A program made the translations under genes and the position numbers. Positions 27,700 to 38,205 of a stretch of DNA of 64,000 nt are shown here, in pieces. How positions within the stretch are numbered: the stretch's first letter is position 1; each line of letters starts with the position of its first letter. The notes under the pieces are model-generated. The model searched no databases, had not been told where the DNA came from, and was given only the letters and a program-made list of their open reading frames with translations. The stretch lies in NCBI GenBank assembly GCA_947501325.1, contig CANMVC010000003.1, forward strand, positions 37,830 to 101,829. Direction: 5' to 3'. This DNA is from an uncultured Sphingomonadaceae bacterium. GTDB taxonomy: Bacteria > Pseudomonadota > Alphaproteobacteria > Sphingomonadales > Sphingomonadaceae.

Positions 27700-28595
27700 A
27701 GCCTGTTAGCAAAACGCGGTTCGTCCTGCCACCACCGCCGCTGCAGCGCTATCTGACGACCTATTATTTTAGTGAGATCGAAAGCCTGGATGGGACGGCG
27801 GTATCGGACATGCTGTTACCGCAATGGGCGAGCATCCGGTTCATATATCAGGGCAGAGTGGATATGACGGTTCCCGATCATAAACCACAGCCATCCCCGC
27901 TGGCCGCCATGACAGGGCCGACCAGTCTGGCCTCGCCGATTTCCAGCAAATCCGCAAAAATCGCGGCCTTTGGCTTATTGCCACTTGGCTGGCACAAATT
28001 TGTTGGCCAGCCGGCCTCGCGCTGGGCCAACAAGGTGATTGATGTCGAAACCACGCATAAATTCGATCTTTTTGCGCAAATCTGGGACGCTATCCGAAAT
28101 TTGGAGACCGAAGCAGAGATGATCGATACCTTCAATCATATGCTTCTCGAGGCGCTGGAACCATCCGATGCCGAAGATGACCGGATTGAGGCGGCTCATC
28201 TCGCGCTGACCGATCCTGCGATCGACAGTGTCGGCGCGCTGTGTGAACGGCTGGATATGGATACCAAACAGCTCAGCCGCTTTTCGAATCGGGTGTTTGG
28301 CTTTCTCCCCAAATTATTGCTGCGGCGGCAGCGTTTTGTCCGCACATTGGGTCAGGCCTTAATGAACCCCGACCAAAGCTGGAGCGAATGCGTGGATCTC
28401 AACTATTATGATCAGGCGCATTTTAATCGCGACTTCAAACGGTTCATGGGGCTGACACCGCGGCAATATATGGCCCAGCCGCACCCGATTTTCGGGATCG
28501 GTGCAACGGAGCGGACCAAAGCCCTGGGGCGACCCTTGCAGGCGATGGATCGGCCGATAGACCCCAATGGCGAGGACAATAGCAACGCGGCATAG
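27687..28595 (+). CDS. AraC-family transcriptional regulator
   Basis: 302 aa with a C-terminal HTH_18 region (...YYDQAHFNRDFKRFMGLTPRQY). Confidence 0.75.
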   Translation: MQPLEPVSKTRFVLPPPPLQRYLTTYYFSEIESLDGTAVSDMLLPQWASIRFIYQGRVDMTVPDHKPQPSPLAAMTGPTSLASPISSKSAKIAAFGLLPLGWHKFVGQPASRWANKVIDVETTHKFDLFAQIWDAIRNLETEAEMIDTFNHMLLEALEPSDAEDDRIEAAHLALTDPAIDSVGALCERLDMDTKQLSRFSNRVFGFLPKLLLRRQRFVRTLGQALMNPDQSWSECVDLNYYDQAHFNRDFKRFMGLTPRQYMAQPHPIFGIGATERTKALGRPLQAMDRPIDPNGEDNSNAA

Positions 28596-28740
28596 CTTAA
28601 AGCACCAAAAGGATCGCTGATTTGCAATATATCTTGCATTTCAGGCGAATCTAGCTATTGCCGCCCTTCCGATGTGATGCACTGGCCAGTGTTGGGCTGC
28701 CACATGTGTCCGTAACGGTAACTTTTCAAAGGAGACCAAA

Positions 28741-28941
28741 ATGCCCAAGTTGAAGACCAAAAGTGGTGTGAAGAAACGCTTCAAAATCACCGCAACCGGC
28801 AAGGTAAAGCACGGCGTAGCCGGCAAACGCCACCGTTTGATGAGCCATAACAGCAAATATATCCGTCAGCAGCGCGGCACCAAGAAATTATGTGATGCCG
28901 ACGCGCGGACAGTCAAGAAATGGGCACCTTACGGGCTTTAA
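28741..28941 (+). CDS. rpmI: 50S ribosomal protein L35
   Basis: [24 protein letters not shown]..., preceded by AAGGAG. Confidence 0.95.
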   Translation: MPKLKTKSGVKKRFKITATGKVKHGVAGKRHRLMSHNSKYIRQQRGTKKLCDADARTVKKWAPYGL

Positions 28942-28986
28942 CAGCACCGAAGATCCCATAGCTTTTAAAATTCAAGGATATAGAAA

Positions 28987-29349
28987 ATGGCACGTGTAAA
29001 ACGGGGTACGACCACTCGTACAAAACATAAAAGATTATTGGTACAGGCGAAGGGCTATTATGGCCGTCGCAAAAATACCATCCGCGTCGCGCGGCAGGCT
29101 GTCGAAAAAGCCGGCCAATATGCGTATCGCGATCGTAAAGTTAAAAAGCGGGCTTTCCGCGCACTCTGGATCCAGCGCATTAACGCTGCGGTTCGCGCAG
29201 AAGGCATGACATACGGCACGTTCATTCACGGCACCAAGCTTGCCGGCATTGAACTCGATCGTAAAGTCATGGCTGACCTGGCGATGAATGAACCTGCGCT
29301 CTTTAGCGGCATCATCAAACAGGCGCAGGATGCTCTAGCGAAAGCTTAA
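28987..29349 (+). CDS. rplT: 50S ribosomal protein L20
   Basis: [30 protein letters not shown]... Confidence 0.95.
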   Translation: MARVKRGTTTRTKHKRLLVQAKGYYGRRKNTIRVARQAVEKAGQYAYRDRKVKKRAFRALWIQRINAAVRAEGMTYGTFIHGTKLAGIELDRKVMADLAMNEPALFSGIIKQAQDALAKA

Positions 29350-29368
29350 GTATTTCCATAAATTTCAA

Positions 29369-29405
29369 AAAGCGCCGGGGAGCAATCTCGCGGCGCTTTT
29401 TTATT
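29369..29405 (+). terminator. Rho-independent terminator after rplT
   Basis: 8-bp GC-rich stem AAGCGCCG/CGGCGCTT with a 13-nt loop, followed by a T-run (TTTTATT). Confidence 0.7.
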
Positions 29406-29460
29406 GGGTTTTTCACCGCAGCCTGCTTTAGACGGTCAGCAGGGAAAATAGGGTAAAGTC

Positions 29461-30576
29461 ATGAGTGACATCGAAGTAATAAAAGACAAATATCTCGGTG
29501 AGATAAGTGCCGCCACCGATGGCGATGCGCTGGAAACCATCCGCGTCGCTGCGCTGGGCAAGAAGGGCGAGATTTCGCTGCTGCTCAAAACCCTCGGTAA
29601 AATGACGCCCGAAGAACGCCAGACGGAGGGACCGAAAATCAACGGTGCCCGCCAGGCGGTGGCCGACGCGATTGCTGCGCGTAAAGAAGCGATGGAGAGC
29701 GATGTTCTGAACGCCCGCCTCGCCACCGAAAAACTCGACATGACTTTGCCGCCGCCCAGCGCGCCCAAGGGCAGCATTCATCCGGTCAGTCAGGTCATGG
29801 ACGAACTGGCCGAGATATTCGCTGATCTGGGCTTCTCGGTCGCGACCGGTCCGGAAATCGAAGATGACTGGCACAATTTCACCGCGCTCAACATTCCGGA
29901 AACCCATCCGGCGCGCGCGATGCATGACACTTTCTATTTCCCGCAGACTGACGATCAGGGCATGCCGAAACTGCTGCGTACGCATACCTCGCCTGTGCAA
30001 ATCCGCACGATGATGGATGTTGCCAAGCAAACTGACGGCGAGGGTGAACCGATCTACATTATCGCACCGGGCCGCACCTATCGCAGTGATAGCGATGCCA
30101 CCCATACGCCGATGTTCCATCAGGTCGAAGGCCTGGTGATCGACAAAAATATTCATATGGGTCATCTCAAATGGACACTCGAAACCTTTGTTCGCGCCTT
30201 TTTCGAGCGCGACGATATCGAACTGCGCCTACGCCCAAGCTATTTCCCGTTCACCGAGCCCAGTGCCGAAGTCGATGTCGGATTTTCCGTTGAAAAAGGC
30301 CGCCGCATCATCGGCGGTGATCCGCGCGGCGACAATGGTGGCTGGATGGAAATTCTCGGCTCCGGCATGGTCCATCCCAATGTGATTAGAAACTGCGGGC
30401 TTGATCCCGATGTCTGGCAGGGCTTTGCCTTTGGCTGCGGTATCGACCGGCTGGCAATGCTGAAATATGGCATGGATGATTTGCGGGCGTTCTTTGACGG
30501 CGACTTGCGCTGGACGGAGCATTACGGCTTTGACGCGCTCGACGTACCCACATTGAGCGGAGGAGTCGGCGCATGA
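29461..30576 (+). CDS. pheS: Phenylalanine--tRNA ligase alpha subunit
   Basis: 371 aa. [22 protein letters not shown] and [12 protein letters not shown] are class II motifs. Confidence 0.95.
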   Translation: MSDIEVIKDKYLGEISAATDGDALETIRVAALGKKGEISLLLKTLGKMTPEERQTEGPKINGARQAVADAIAARKEAMESDVLNARLATEKLDMTLPPPSAPKGSIHPVSQVMDELAEIFADLGFSVATGPEIEDDWHNFTALNIPETHPARAMHDTFYFPQTDDQGMPKLLRTHTSPVQIRTMMDVAKQTDGEGEPIYIIAPGRTYRSDSDATHTPMFHQVEGLVIDKNIHMGHLKWTLETFVRAFFERDDIELRLRPSYFPFTEPSAEVDVGFSVEKGRRIIGGDPRGDNGGWMEILGSGMVHPNVIRNCGLDPDVWQGFAFGCGIDRLAMLKYGMDDLRAFFDGDLRWTEHYGFDALDVPTLSGGVGA

Positions 30577-33047
30577 AATTTTCCCTAAGCTGGCTCAAAG
30601 CGCATCTCGATACCGATGCAAGCCTCACCGAAATTACCGACAAGCTGACCGATATCGGTTTGGAACTGGAAGGGTTGGAGAACCCCGCCGATGCCCTGCG
30701 CCCTTTCCGTGTGGCCAAGGTTATCGAAGCCGGTCCGCATCCCAATGCGGACAAGCTGCAATTGCTGAAGGTGGACGATGGTTCGGATCAGCCTTGGCAA
30801 GTTGTATGCGGCGCGCCCAATGCGCGCAAGGATATGGTCGGCGTCTTTGGCCCTCCCGGCACCTATATTCCCGGCAGTGATTTCACCCTGAAACCAGCCA
30901 AGATTCGTGATGTCGAGAGTTTCGGCATGATGTGCAGCGCGCGTGAGCTGGAACTGGGTGACGATCATGATGGTATCATTGAACTGCCCGCCGATGCCGC
31001 AGCAGCGGTTGGTACCAGCTATGCCGATTACGCACAGCTCGATGATCCGGTCATAGATATTGCGATCACACCCAATCGTCAGGATTGCATGGGCGTGCGC
31101 GGCATTGCCCGGGATCTGGCAGCGGCTGGTATCGGTACGCTGAAGCCGCTGGAAATCGGTTCCGTTGAACGCAGTGGCGCTGGCCCGGATGTCCGCACGG
31201 ATGATCCCGAAGGCTGTCCCGCCTTTTACGGCTGCACAGTGACCGGCCTGACCAACGGCACATCACCCGACTGGATGCAGGCACGGCTCAAATCGGCTGG
31301 CCAGAAACTCATCAACGCACTGGTGGATATCACCAATTACGTGATGCTCGACCATGGGCGGCCGTTGCACGTTTATGATGTGGCCAAGCTCAAGGGCGGA
31401 TTGGTTGCACGTAAAGCCAAAGCGGGCGAAAAGCTCACCGCGCTCAACGACAAAGAGTACACGCTCGACGAGACTATGACCGTCATTGCTGATGACAATG
31501 GCGCGCATGATATTGGCGGCATCATGGGCGGCGCGGAAACAGGTTCCGAAGAATCTACCACCGAAGTGTTGATCGAATGCGCCTATTTCGATCCCGCTTC
31601 CATCGCAAAAACCGGTCAGAAGCTAATGCTGACCAGCGATGCCCGTCAGCGCTTTGAACGGGGTGTGGATCCGGCGTTTCTGGATAATGGTATTGATATC
31701 GCAACGGCTTTGGTGCTCGATCTGTGTGGCGGCAATGCCAGCGAGATAACCCGCGCCGGAGCCCCACCGACGGACATGCCCACGATCAGCTATGATCCCA
31801 AGCAATGTGCCGCATTGGGCGGTATTGATGTCGCGCCGGAAAAACAGAAATCCATCTTGGAAGCGCTGGGCTTTCAAGTGACGCTGTGCTCCCGCGTAGG
31901 CGGGAGCCTATCTCCAGAAGCCGGGGCTGGCGAGGCGGTGGAGATGGATTCCCGCCTGCGCGGGAATACAGATAAAGGTCATGCTTCCTTGTGGGATGTC
32001 ACACCCCCGACATGGCGTCGTGACGTCGAGGGTTGGCAGGATCTGGTCGAGGAAGTGGTCCGGATCGAAGGGCTCGACAACGTCCCGTCCACGCCGTTAC
32101 CGCGCAAGGCTGGTGTCGCCAAGCCAACGGCCTCTCCGGAACAACTGGCCGAACGCAAAGCGCGTCGTGCTGCGGCGGCACGCGGTCTGAACGAGACAGT
32201 GACGTGGAGCTTTATCTCCGACAAGGAAGCCGCGCCCTTTGGCGGTGGCACCTGGTCGCTGGCCAATCCGATTAGCGAAGACCTGAAAGTCATGCGTCCT
32301 TCGTTATTGCCCGGCCTGATCGCCGCGGCCCAGCGCAATGCCGATCGCGGCGCATCCTCCATGCGCTTGTTTGAAGTCGGGCGCCGCTATCTCGCAACCA
32401 CCGAGCATCAGACAATCGGCCTGGTGCTGGCTGGCGAGAACAAAGCACGCAGCTGGCAAGCGGGATCAGCGACCAAATATGACGCTTTTGATGCCAAGGC
32501 CGAAGTGCTTGCCATCTTGGAAGCCGCCGGTGCGCCGATTGATAAATTGATGGATTTCGGGGAAGCGGGGGATCATTATCATCCTGGCCAGTCGGGCACA
32601 TTGCGGCTTGGGCCCAAGAAGATTCTCGCCGCTTATGGCGCGTTGCATCCCTCAGTGACCAAGGCGCTCGGCCTGAAAGGGTCAGCCGTTGGCGCAGAAA
32701 TTTTCCTCGACGCCATCCCCGTGAAAAAAGCCAAAGATCATATGCGTGAGGCCTTCGCCCCGCCTGCTCTGCAGGCGGTGACTCGCGATTTCGCTTTCAT
32801 TGTCGATGCAGACCTGCCAGCCGGCGATCTGGTGCGCGCGGTCAAAGGCGCGGATAAGAAACTGATCACTGGCGCGCGGTTGTTTGACCTGTTTGAAGGC
32901 GCAAGCGTGGGTGCAGGCAAGAAATCGCTGGCGGTGGAGATTACATTGCAGCCAGTGGAAGCGACCCTGACCGAAGAGGATTTGAAAGCCGTTTCGGATA
33001 AGGTTGTGGCGGGTGCGGCAAAGCTGGGGGCGGAACTGAGGGGTTAA
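30573..33047 (+). CDS. pheT: Phenylalanine--tRNA ligase beta subunit (carries an extra segment of about 30 aa, see findings)
   Basis: 824 aa. [13 protein letters not shown], tRNA-binding domain ([13 protein letters not shown]), B3_4, B5, and a C-terminal FDX-ACB domain. The ATGA start overlaps the pheS stop. Confidence 0.95.
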   Translation: MKFSLSWLKAHLDTDASLTEITDKLTDIGLELEGLENPADALRPFRVAKVIEAGPHPNADKLQLLKVDDGSDQPWQVVCGAPNARKDMVGVFGPPGTYIPGSDFTLKPAKIRDVESFGMMCSARELELGDDHDGIIELPADAAAAVGTSYADYAQLDDPVIDIAITPNRQDCMGVRGIARDLAAAGIGTLKPLEIGSVERSGAGPDVRTDDPEGCPAFYGCTVTGLTNGTSPDWMQARLKSAGQKLINALVDITNYVMLDHGRPLHVYDVAKLKGGLVARKAKAGEKLTALNDKEYTLDETMTVIADDNGAHDIGGIMGGAETGSEESTTEVLIECAYFDPASIAKTGQKLMLTSDARQRFERGVDPAFLDNGIDIATALVLDLCGGNASEITRAGAPPTDMPTISYDPKQCAALGGIDVAPEKQKSILEALGFQVTLCSRVGGSLSPEAGAGEAVEMDSRLRGNTDKGHASLWDVTPPTWRRDVEGWQDLVEEVVRIEGLDNVPSTPLPRKAGVAKPTASPEQLAERKARRAAAARGLNETVTWSFISDKEAAPFGGGTWSLANPISEDLKVMRPSLLPGLIAAAQRNADRGASSMRLFEVGRRYLATTEHQTIGLVLAGENKARSWQAGSATKYDAFDAKAEVLAILEAAGAPIDKLMDFGEAGDHYHPGQSGTLRLGPKKILAAYGALHPSVTKALGLKGSAVGAEIFLDAIPVKKAKDHMREAFAPPALQAVTRDFAFIVDADLPAGDLVRAVKGADKKLITGARLFDLFEGASVGAGKKSLAVEITLQPVEATLTEEDLKAVSDKVVAGAAKLGAELRG
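31889..31967. repeat. Nested palindromic repeat element (family B) lying in frame inside pheT
   Basis: CTCCCGC-gtag-GCGGGAG / CCTATCTCC ...22 nt... GGAGATGG / ATTCCCGC-ctgc-GCGGGAAT. The same architecture occurs at 55765-55846. It translates as ...[27 protein letters not shown]... Confidence 0.7.
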
Positions 33048-33050
33048 GAC

Positions 33051-33767
33051 GTGCTGAAATATCTGTTGTCTTTGTTGGTCTTGTGTAGCCTGTCTGTTGT
33101 CTCAAAAGCAGAGGCAGCCAGCTCATATGATGTAACCGAACCAAAGAAAATCAAGTCTTCCAAAAAGCTGAAAACTGATCAAGGCGCTGTTCGATTGTCG
33201 GTCCGCCTGCAAATTCAAACAACACAAACGTTGTTCGTATATTTTGTCCGGTTAAACGATGATGGTAGCGATTCCAAACAGCTTCTACGCTTCGAAAGGG
33301 GTGCTGGGGCTCCCTTTTTAGGCAGCAATATGATTGATCCCAAACCTGTTGTTTACCGAGCGCCTCCTGGGAAATACCGCCCCATGGCCTTTACAGTAGC
33401 TTGTGAAGGCTTGCCTACCGTCGGGGCGGTATGTTCAGGCGCTATCGCTGGGTCCGGCGGTTTTCCGACCGGTCGATATTTGCAATCAAGTCCGATTGTC
33501 GAAATACGGCCTGGACACATTACTGAGGCCGGCGATTTTGTTGTTGAATATACTGGTGCAATGATCCCCGGAAAGCATGTTGGTGAAATCAAAAAAAATG
33601 GCCTTGATTATGCGCTGCGGTGGAAACCGCTCGCTCCGCTATCAAGTCAGAAATTTTCTTCGCTACCAGTACTGCGAACAAAGGATGTAGAACCGGAATT
33701 CCAATCAAAAATCACCTGTTCAAAGCGACCCAAAGGCGTGTCGCTATACATCCCGTTTGCTTGCTGA
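33051..33767 (+). CDS. Hypothetical secreted protein
   Basis: 238 aa with a GTG start 4 nt after the pheT stop. Signal peptide MLKYLLSLLVLCSLSVVSKAEA. AT-richer than its flanks. Its stop overlaps the prfC ATG (TGATG). No family recognised. Confidence 0.6.
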   Translation: MLKYLLSLLVLCSLSVVSKAEAASSYDVTEPKKIKSSKKLKTDQGAVRLSVRLQIQTTQTLFVYFVRLNDDGSDSKQLLRFERGAGAPFLGSNMIDPKPVVYRAPPGKYRPMAFTVACEGLPTVGAVCSGAIAGSGGFPTGRYLQSSPIVEIRPGHITEAGDFVVEYTGAMIPGKHVGEIKKNGLDYALRWKPLAPLSSQKFSSLPVLRTKDVEPEFQSKITCSKRPKGVSLYIPFAC

Positions 33768-35329
33768 TGACCAATCCACGCCGCACATTTGCGATTATCT
33801 CTCACCCCGATGCGGGTAAGACGACGCTGACCGAGAAGCTGCTGCTGAAAGGCGGTGCTATTCACCTGGCCGGCGAGGTCAAGGCGCGCGGGGACAACCG
33901 GCGGGCGCGCTCGGACTGGATGAAGATCGAGCAGCAGCGCGGGATTTCCGTGACCAGCTCGGTGATGACCTTTGAACGCAATGGCATCACCTTCAACCTG
34001 CTCGACACACCGGGCCATGAGGATTTTTCCGAAGATACCTATCGCACGCTGACCGCCGTCGACAGCGCGATCATGGTAATTGATGCTGCGAGCGGTATCG
34101 AGGCGCAGACGCTCAAATTGTTTGAAGTCTGCCGCCTGCGTAGTGTGCCGATTATCACCTTTGTCAACAAGGTGGATCGTGAAGGCCGCGACCCGTTTGA
34201 ATTGCTCGACGAAGTGGCAGACAAGCTGGCGCTCGATGTTTGCCCGATGAGTTGGCCCACCGGTATGGGCGGGCAGTTTGAAGGGATTTATGACCTCTAT
34301 CGCAACCAGCTGCACCAGCCCGATGGCGACAGCAAACAATATGATGGCAAGGTTCAGCAATTTGAGGGGCTGGACGACCCCAAGCTCGCTGATGTGCTGA
34401 GCGATGAAGCATTGGAACGGCTGACGAGCGAAGGTGAACTGGCGCAAGGCGGCTATAGCAGCTTTGATCTGGAAGCTTATCAAAGCGGCGATCTCACGCC
34501 GGTCTATTTCGGGTCCGCACTTAAACAATTTGGCGTAGAAGAGCTGATCGAGGCGATTGCCGACTATGCGCCGAGCCCGCGGCCACAGCCAGCCGAGCCT
34601 GCCCCGATTGCACCCGACAGCAAGGATGTCACTGGTTTCATTTTCAAGATTCAGGCGAATATGGACCCGCAGCACCGCGACCGCATCGCTTTCATGCGGC
34701 TTTGTTCCGGCGAGTTTAAGCGCGGCATGAAACTGACGCCCTCCGCGCTGGGTAAACCGATTGCCATCCACAGCCCGATATTATTCTTCGCGCAGGACCG
34801 CGAAATTGCCGATACCGCGCAGCCCGGCGACATTATCGGTATCCCCAACCACGGGACATTGCGGGTCGGTGATACATTGTCCGAGAAAAATCAGGTGCGG
34901 ATTACCGGCTTGCCGAACTTTGCCCCGGAAATCCTGCGCCGGGTGATCCTGAAAGACCCGACCCAGACCAAGAAACTGCGCAAGGCGCTGGATGACCTGT
35001 CCGAAGAGGGCGTCGTGCAGGTTTTCTATCCCGAAATCGGGGCCAACTGGATTATCGGCGTGGTCGGGCAATTGCAGCTCGAAGTCTTGGTTAGCCGCCT
35101 GTCCGCAGAATATAAGGTTGAGGCCGGCCTCGAACCCGCTCCCTTTGAAACCGCGCGCTGGATCAGCGGCGATGATGAGGTGCTGAGCGCCTTTGCCAAT
35201 ATCAACCAGACCAGCCTCGCCAAGGACCGCGACGACAATCTGGTATTCCTCGCCAAATCCGGCTGGGATGTGAGTTATCAGGAAGAACGCAATCCGGAGA
35301 TCAAGTTCAGCGCAACCCGAGAGCGATAA
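33767..35329 (+). CDS. prfC: Peptide chain release factor 3
   Basis: The track ORF starts at 33620 (an upstream extension in the same frame that overlaps the 3' end of 33051-33767). The real start is ATG 33767 (MTNPRRTFAIISHPDAGKTTLTEKLLL). GTPase motifs G1 to G4 are present (DTPGHEDF, NKVDR). Confidence 0.9.
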   Translation: MTNPRRTFAIISHPDAGKTTLTEKLLLKGGAIHLAGEVKARGDNRRARSDWMKIEQQRGISVTSSVMTFERNGITFNLLDTPGHEDFSEDTYRTLTAVDSAIMVIDAASGIEAQTLKLFEVCRLRSVPIITFVNKVDREGRDPFELLDEVADKLALDVCPMSWPTGMGGQFEGIYDLYRNQLHQPDGDSKQYDGKVQQFEGLDDPKLADVLSDEALERLTSEGELAQGGYSSFDLEAYQSGDLTPVYFGSALKQFGVEELIEAIADYAPSPRPQPAEPAPIAPDSKDVTGFIFKIQANMDPQHRDRIAFMRLCSGEFKRGMKLTPSALGKPIAIHSPILFFAQDREIADTAQPGDIIGIPNHGTLRVGDTLSEKNQVRITGLPNFAPEILRRVILKDPTQTKKLRKALDDLSEEGVVQVFYPEIGANWIIGVVGQLQLEVLVSRLSAEYKVEAGLEPAPFETARWISGDDEVLSAFANINQTSLAKDRDDNLVFLAKSGWDVSYQEERNPEIKFSATRER

Positions 35330-35345
35330 AGCCGGGTCGGCCCCT

Positions 35346-35975
35346 TCAGGAAACCTCGGTCAACCGCAAATAGGGCCGCTGTTCATCCCAGCCTTGTGGA
35401 AACAGCTTCTCAGCCTCTTCCTTTTCAATCGATGGGGGAATGATGACCTTGTCACCGGACTGCCAGTCGGCGGGGGTCGCAATATTTTTTCTGTCCGATA
35501 GCTGCAATGCATCAATCACCCGCAAAATCTCGTCAAAATTGCGCCCGATCGTCATCGGATAGGTCATGATCAGGCGGATTTTCTTCTCCGGGTCGATGAT
35601 GAATACCGACCGCACCGCTTCTGTGTGACTCTCGCCAGGGTGGATCATGTCGTAGAGCCTGGATATTTTGCAATCCGGATCGGCAAGGATCGGGAAGCGG
35701 ACATTGGTGTGCTGTGTCGCATTCACATCGTGGATCCAGTCCCAATGCTCTTCGACTATATCCGTTGAAAGGCCCAGCGGCTTGACATTGCGGGCAGAAA
35801 ATTCATCCGCAAGCTGCGCGGTTCGCCCCATTTCGGTTGTGCAAACAGGCGTAAAATCAGCCGGATGGCTGAAGAAAAACACCCAATCATCTTCCGCCCA
35901 TTTGTGCAGGTCGATTTCGCCTGTGGTGCTGTCGGCAACAAAATTGGGCGCGATGTCGCCAATATGGAGAGACAT
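35346..35975 (-). CDS. 1-Cys peroxiredoxin (Prx6-like, AhpC/TSA family)
   Basis: I prefer ATG 35975 (MSLHIGDIAPNF...), preceded by AAGGA. FSHPADFTPVCTTE contains the peroxidatic Cys motif. Confidence 0.85.
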   Translation of the reverse strand: MSLHIGDIAPNFVADSTTGEIDLHKWAEDDWVFFFSHPADFTPVCTTEMGRTAQLADEFSARNVKPLGLSTDIVEEHWDWIHDVNATQHTNVRFPILADPDCKISRLYDMIHPGESHTEAVRSVFIIDPEKKIRLIMTYPMTIGRNFDEILRVIDALQLSDRKNIATPADWQSGDKVIIPPSIEKEEAEKLFPQGWDEQRPYLRLTEVS

Positions 35976-36088
35976 GATCATTTCCTTCGCTTTACCGCGT
36001 GCAAGGCGGGCTGGGGTTTCAGCAAGAAAGATGATCATGGCAGCACGCAGGCGCAATCAGGGAAAATACATATCGAACCGGCTGGCGA

Positions 36089-37882
36089 TCAGAATATGTA
36101 ATAGATTGCGAAACAGGCTGCCAGCCCCACACCGATATTAAGCGGCAGGCCGATCCGGACGAAATCGGAAAAGCGATAATTGCCTGCCGTATAGACCAAT
36201 GTATTCGTCTGATATCCCACCGGCGTCGCAAAACTCGCCGACGCCCCGAACATTACCGCGACCAGCAGGCTGCGTACATCCACACCGGTTTGTTCGGCAA
36301 TACCGATAACGAGTGGCGTCATAATGACCGCCACCGCATTATTGGTCGCGGTTTCAGTGAGTAGCGATGTCAGGGAATAGACCACGATAATCAGCCATAA
36401 GGGGGAAAGCATGTTGAGCAATGGCAGTGCCGTGTCGATAATCAGCTGCACGGTCCCGGCATTTTCCAACCCCTTGCCCACCGCCAGCATGGCAAAGATC
36501 AGCACTAGCACATTCCCGTCGATGGAGCTCCATGCCTCTTCGCTGTCGATACATTTGGTCAACAACACCGCCGCAACGCCCAACATGGCCAGCGCGGCAA
36601 TCGGCATCACGCCCAAGGCTGCAGCGATGATGATGATCGCCAGCGTCAAAATCGCCATTGGGGCGCGGCGACGACGATAGGCACGGGCCTCCGGCTCTTC
36701 CAGGTGCACCAGATCGACATTTTCCTGCAACGTGCCGACCGACAGATCATCGGTTTGCACCAGCAAGCTGTCGCCATGCCTGATCCGCGCGTTGGCGAGG
36801 GTCGGTCCGGCAATATGGCGTGGCCGCGACAGACCTAGTACACGGGCAGGAACGCGGGACAAAAAGGGCAGATTGGGCAAGGTTTTCCCCACCGATCGGT
36901 GAGAAGGCCCGATCACCAGCTCGACCAGCCTGGTATGTTCGTCCGCGAGCGGGATGGTTGGTTGCTTGACGCCAGCATAACCCAATAGGATCCCATCCGT
37001 CTCGGCTAGCGATAACAGCTCTTCCTGTGTCACAGAGGCGACCAGAGTCTCTCCGCCCAGTACGATATGGTCCGAAAACTCAAAACGGTCGATCCCGGTG
37101 CCAACCCGGCGGCCCAGTATCTCCACCCCGGAAGGGGCAAAGGCCCCGATGTCAGAAACTTTCCTGCCAACAAAATCGCTTTCCTCGTCGATGCGGATAT
37201 CGGTTAGATATTGCGACTCCGGCATCTGATCGGCGAGGCTCTCACTGTCGCGTTTGGGCAGAAACAAGGGGCCCAATATGGCGATCATGATAATGCCGGT
37301 CACCGCAGCGACCAGACCAACCTGGGTTATCTCAAACAGACCAAAGGCGGCCTGCCCGTTTTCCTGTGCCACACCATCGACGAGCAGGTTCGTGGATGTC
37401 CCCAGCAGCGTGAGGCTGCCGCCCAATATCGATATATAGGATAGCGGAATGAGCAGCTTGCTCGCCGCTATGCCCGATACTTTCGCGATTTTGCGCATGA
37501 TCGGGATCAGGATGATGACCACCGGTGTGTTGTTGACAAAGGCTGAAGAGGCAAAGGTACCGCCCAGAAATCCGCCAATCGCCATGAAGGGCCGGTTCCC
37601 CGCCTGGCGCGCCGCAAAGCCAGCGAGCGCTTCGATGACCCCTGTTCGCACCAATGCGCCGGACAATATGAACATCGCACCAATGGTCAGCGGGGCCGGG
37701 TTGGAAAACACCGACAGCATATTATCGCTGCTCAGCAAGCCAATGACCATCATCAGCGCCGCGGCAGCAACGGCGGTCACGGCTGGCGGGCGACGCTCAC
37801 CAACAAAAGCAGCAAATAAGGCAAATAATATCAACAGCCCCGCATAAGGTTTTGCGATATCCCAATAACTAGCCCAATCCAA
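36089..37882 (-). CDS. SLC13/DASS-family anion permease with two central TrkA-C domains
   Basis: 597 aa. Polytopic N- and C-terminal halves flank a cytoplasmic region of about 180 aa with duplicated RCK_C-like repeats (G..V.DI......V.ILG..R / ...GD.LLV). Confidence 0.8.
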   Translation of the reverse strand: MDWASYWDIAKPYAGLLILFALFAAFVGERRPPAVTAVAAAALMMVIGLLSSDNMLSVFSNPAPLTIGAMFILSGALVRTGVIEALAGFAARQAGNRPFMAIGGFLGGTFASSAFVNNTPVVIILIPIMRKIAKVSGIAASKLLIPLSYISILGGSLTLLGTSTNLLVDGVAQENGQAAFGLFEITQVGLVAAVTGIIMIAILGPLFLPKRDSESLADQMPESQYLTDIRIDEESDFVGRKVSDIGAFAPSGVEILGRRVGTGIDRFEFSDHIVLGGETLVASVTQEELLSLAETDGILLGYAGVKQPTIPLADEHTRLVELVIGPSHRSVGKTLPNLPFLSRVPARVLGLSRPRHIAGPTLANARIRHGDSLLVQTDDLSVGTLQENVDLVHLEEPEARAYRRRRAPMAILTLAIIIIAAALGVMPIAALAMLGVAAVLLTKCIDSEEAWSSIDGNVLVLIFAMLAVGKGLENAGTVQLIIDTALPLLNMLSPLWLIIVVYSLTSLLTETATNNAVAVIMTPLVIGIAEQTGVDVRSLLVAVMFGASASFATPVGYQTNTLVYTAGNYRFSDFVRIGLPLNIGVGLAACFAIYYIF

Positions 37883-38046
37883 ATTTTGCTCCTGCGTTAT
37901 CGGTTTCTTTTCCGATGTTCTAACAGGAAGATGGCGCGCTCTGCCAGCAAATTAGCCCTGCGATGCCCGGTTTGTTTGTCATCATAAAGGAACCAAATCC
38001 GCGGTCCGGCGTAAAATGAACAGAGAAAAAATTCACGGAGTATGGA

Positions 38047-38205
38047 ATGAACAAGAAATTTATCCTCAGGAGCCTTGCTGCAACCGTAGTTTCGTTCGCG
38101 GCAAAAATTATCGTCAAGAAACTGCAGGAAAAGAAAACTGAATCAAAAGACGAGCATCAAGATCCCGACACCAATGTCTATCCGCCACAGGGCTCCGGAC
38201 TCTAA
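38047..38205 (+). CDS. Candidate small protein (52 aa), absent from the ORF track because it is under 60 aa
   Basis: ATG 38047 is preceded by GGAG at a 6-nt spacing. Translation: MNKKFILRSLAATVVSFAAKIIVKKLQEKKTESKDEHQDPDTNVYPPQGSGL. It has an amphipathic N-terminal helix and a charged tail, and it fills an otherwise empty 320-nt gap. Confidence 0.35.
   Translation: MNKKFILRSLAATVVSFAAKIIVKKLQEKKTESKDEHQDPDTNVYPPQGSGL

Noticed and set aside
33647-34771. 374-aa ORF antisense to prfC. Similar long antisense ORFs occur at 57056-58156 (opposite ald), 54705-55631, 56040-56795, 21759-22571 (opposite gltX), 26818-27633, 29428-30165, 42405-43073 and 46551-47120.
   Set aside because: They lie opposite genes with unambiguous conserved motifs in GC-rich DNA. 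Their translations are Arg/Ala/Gly-rich low-information sequence with no motifs. These are typical shadow ORFs of high-GC genomes.
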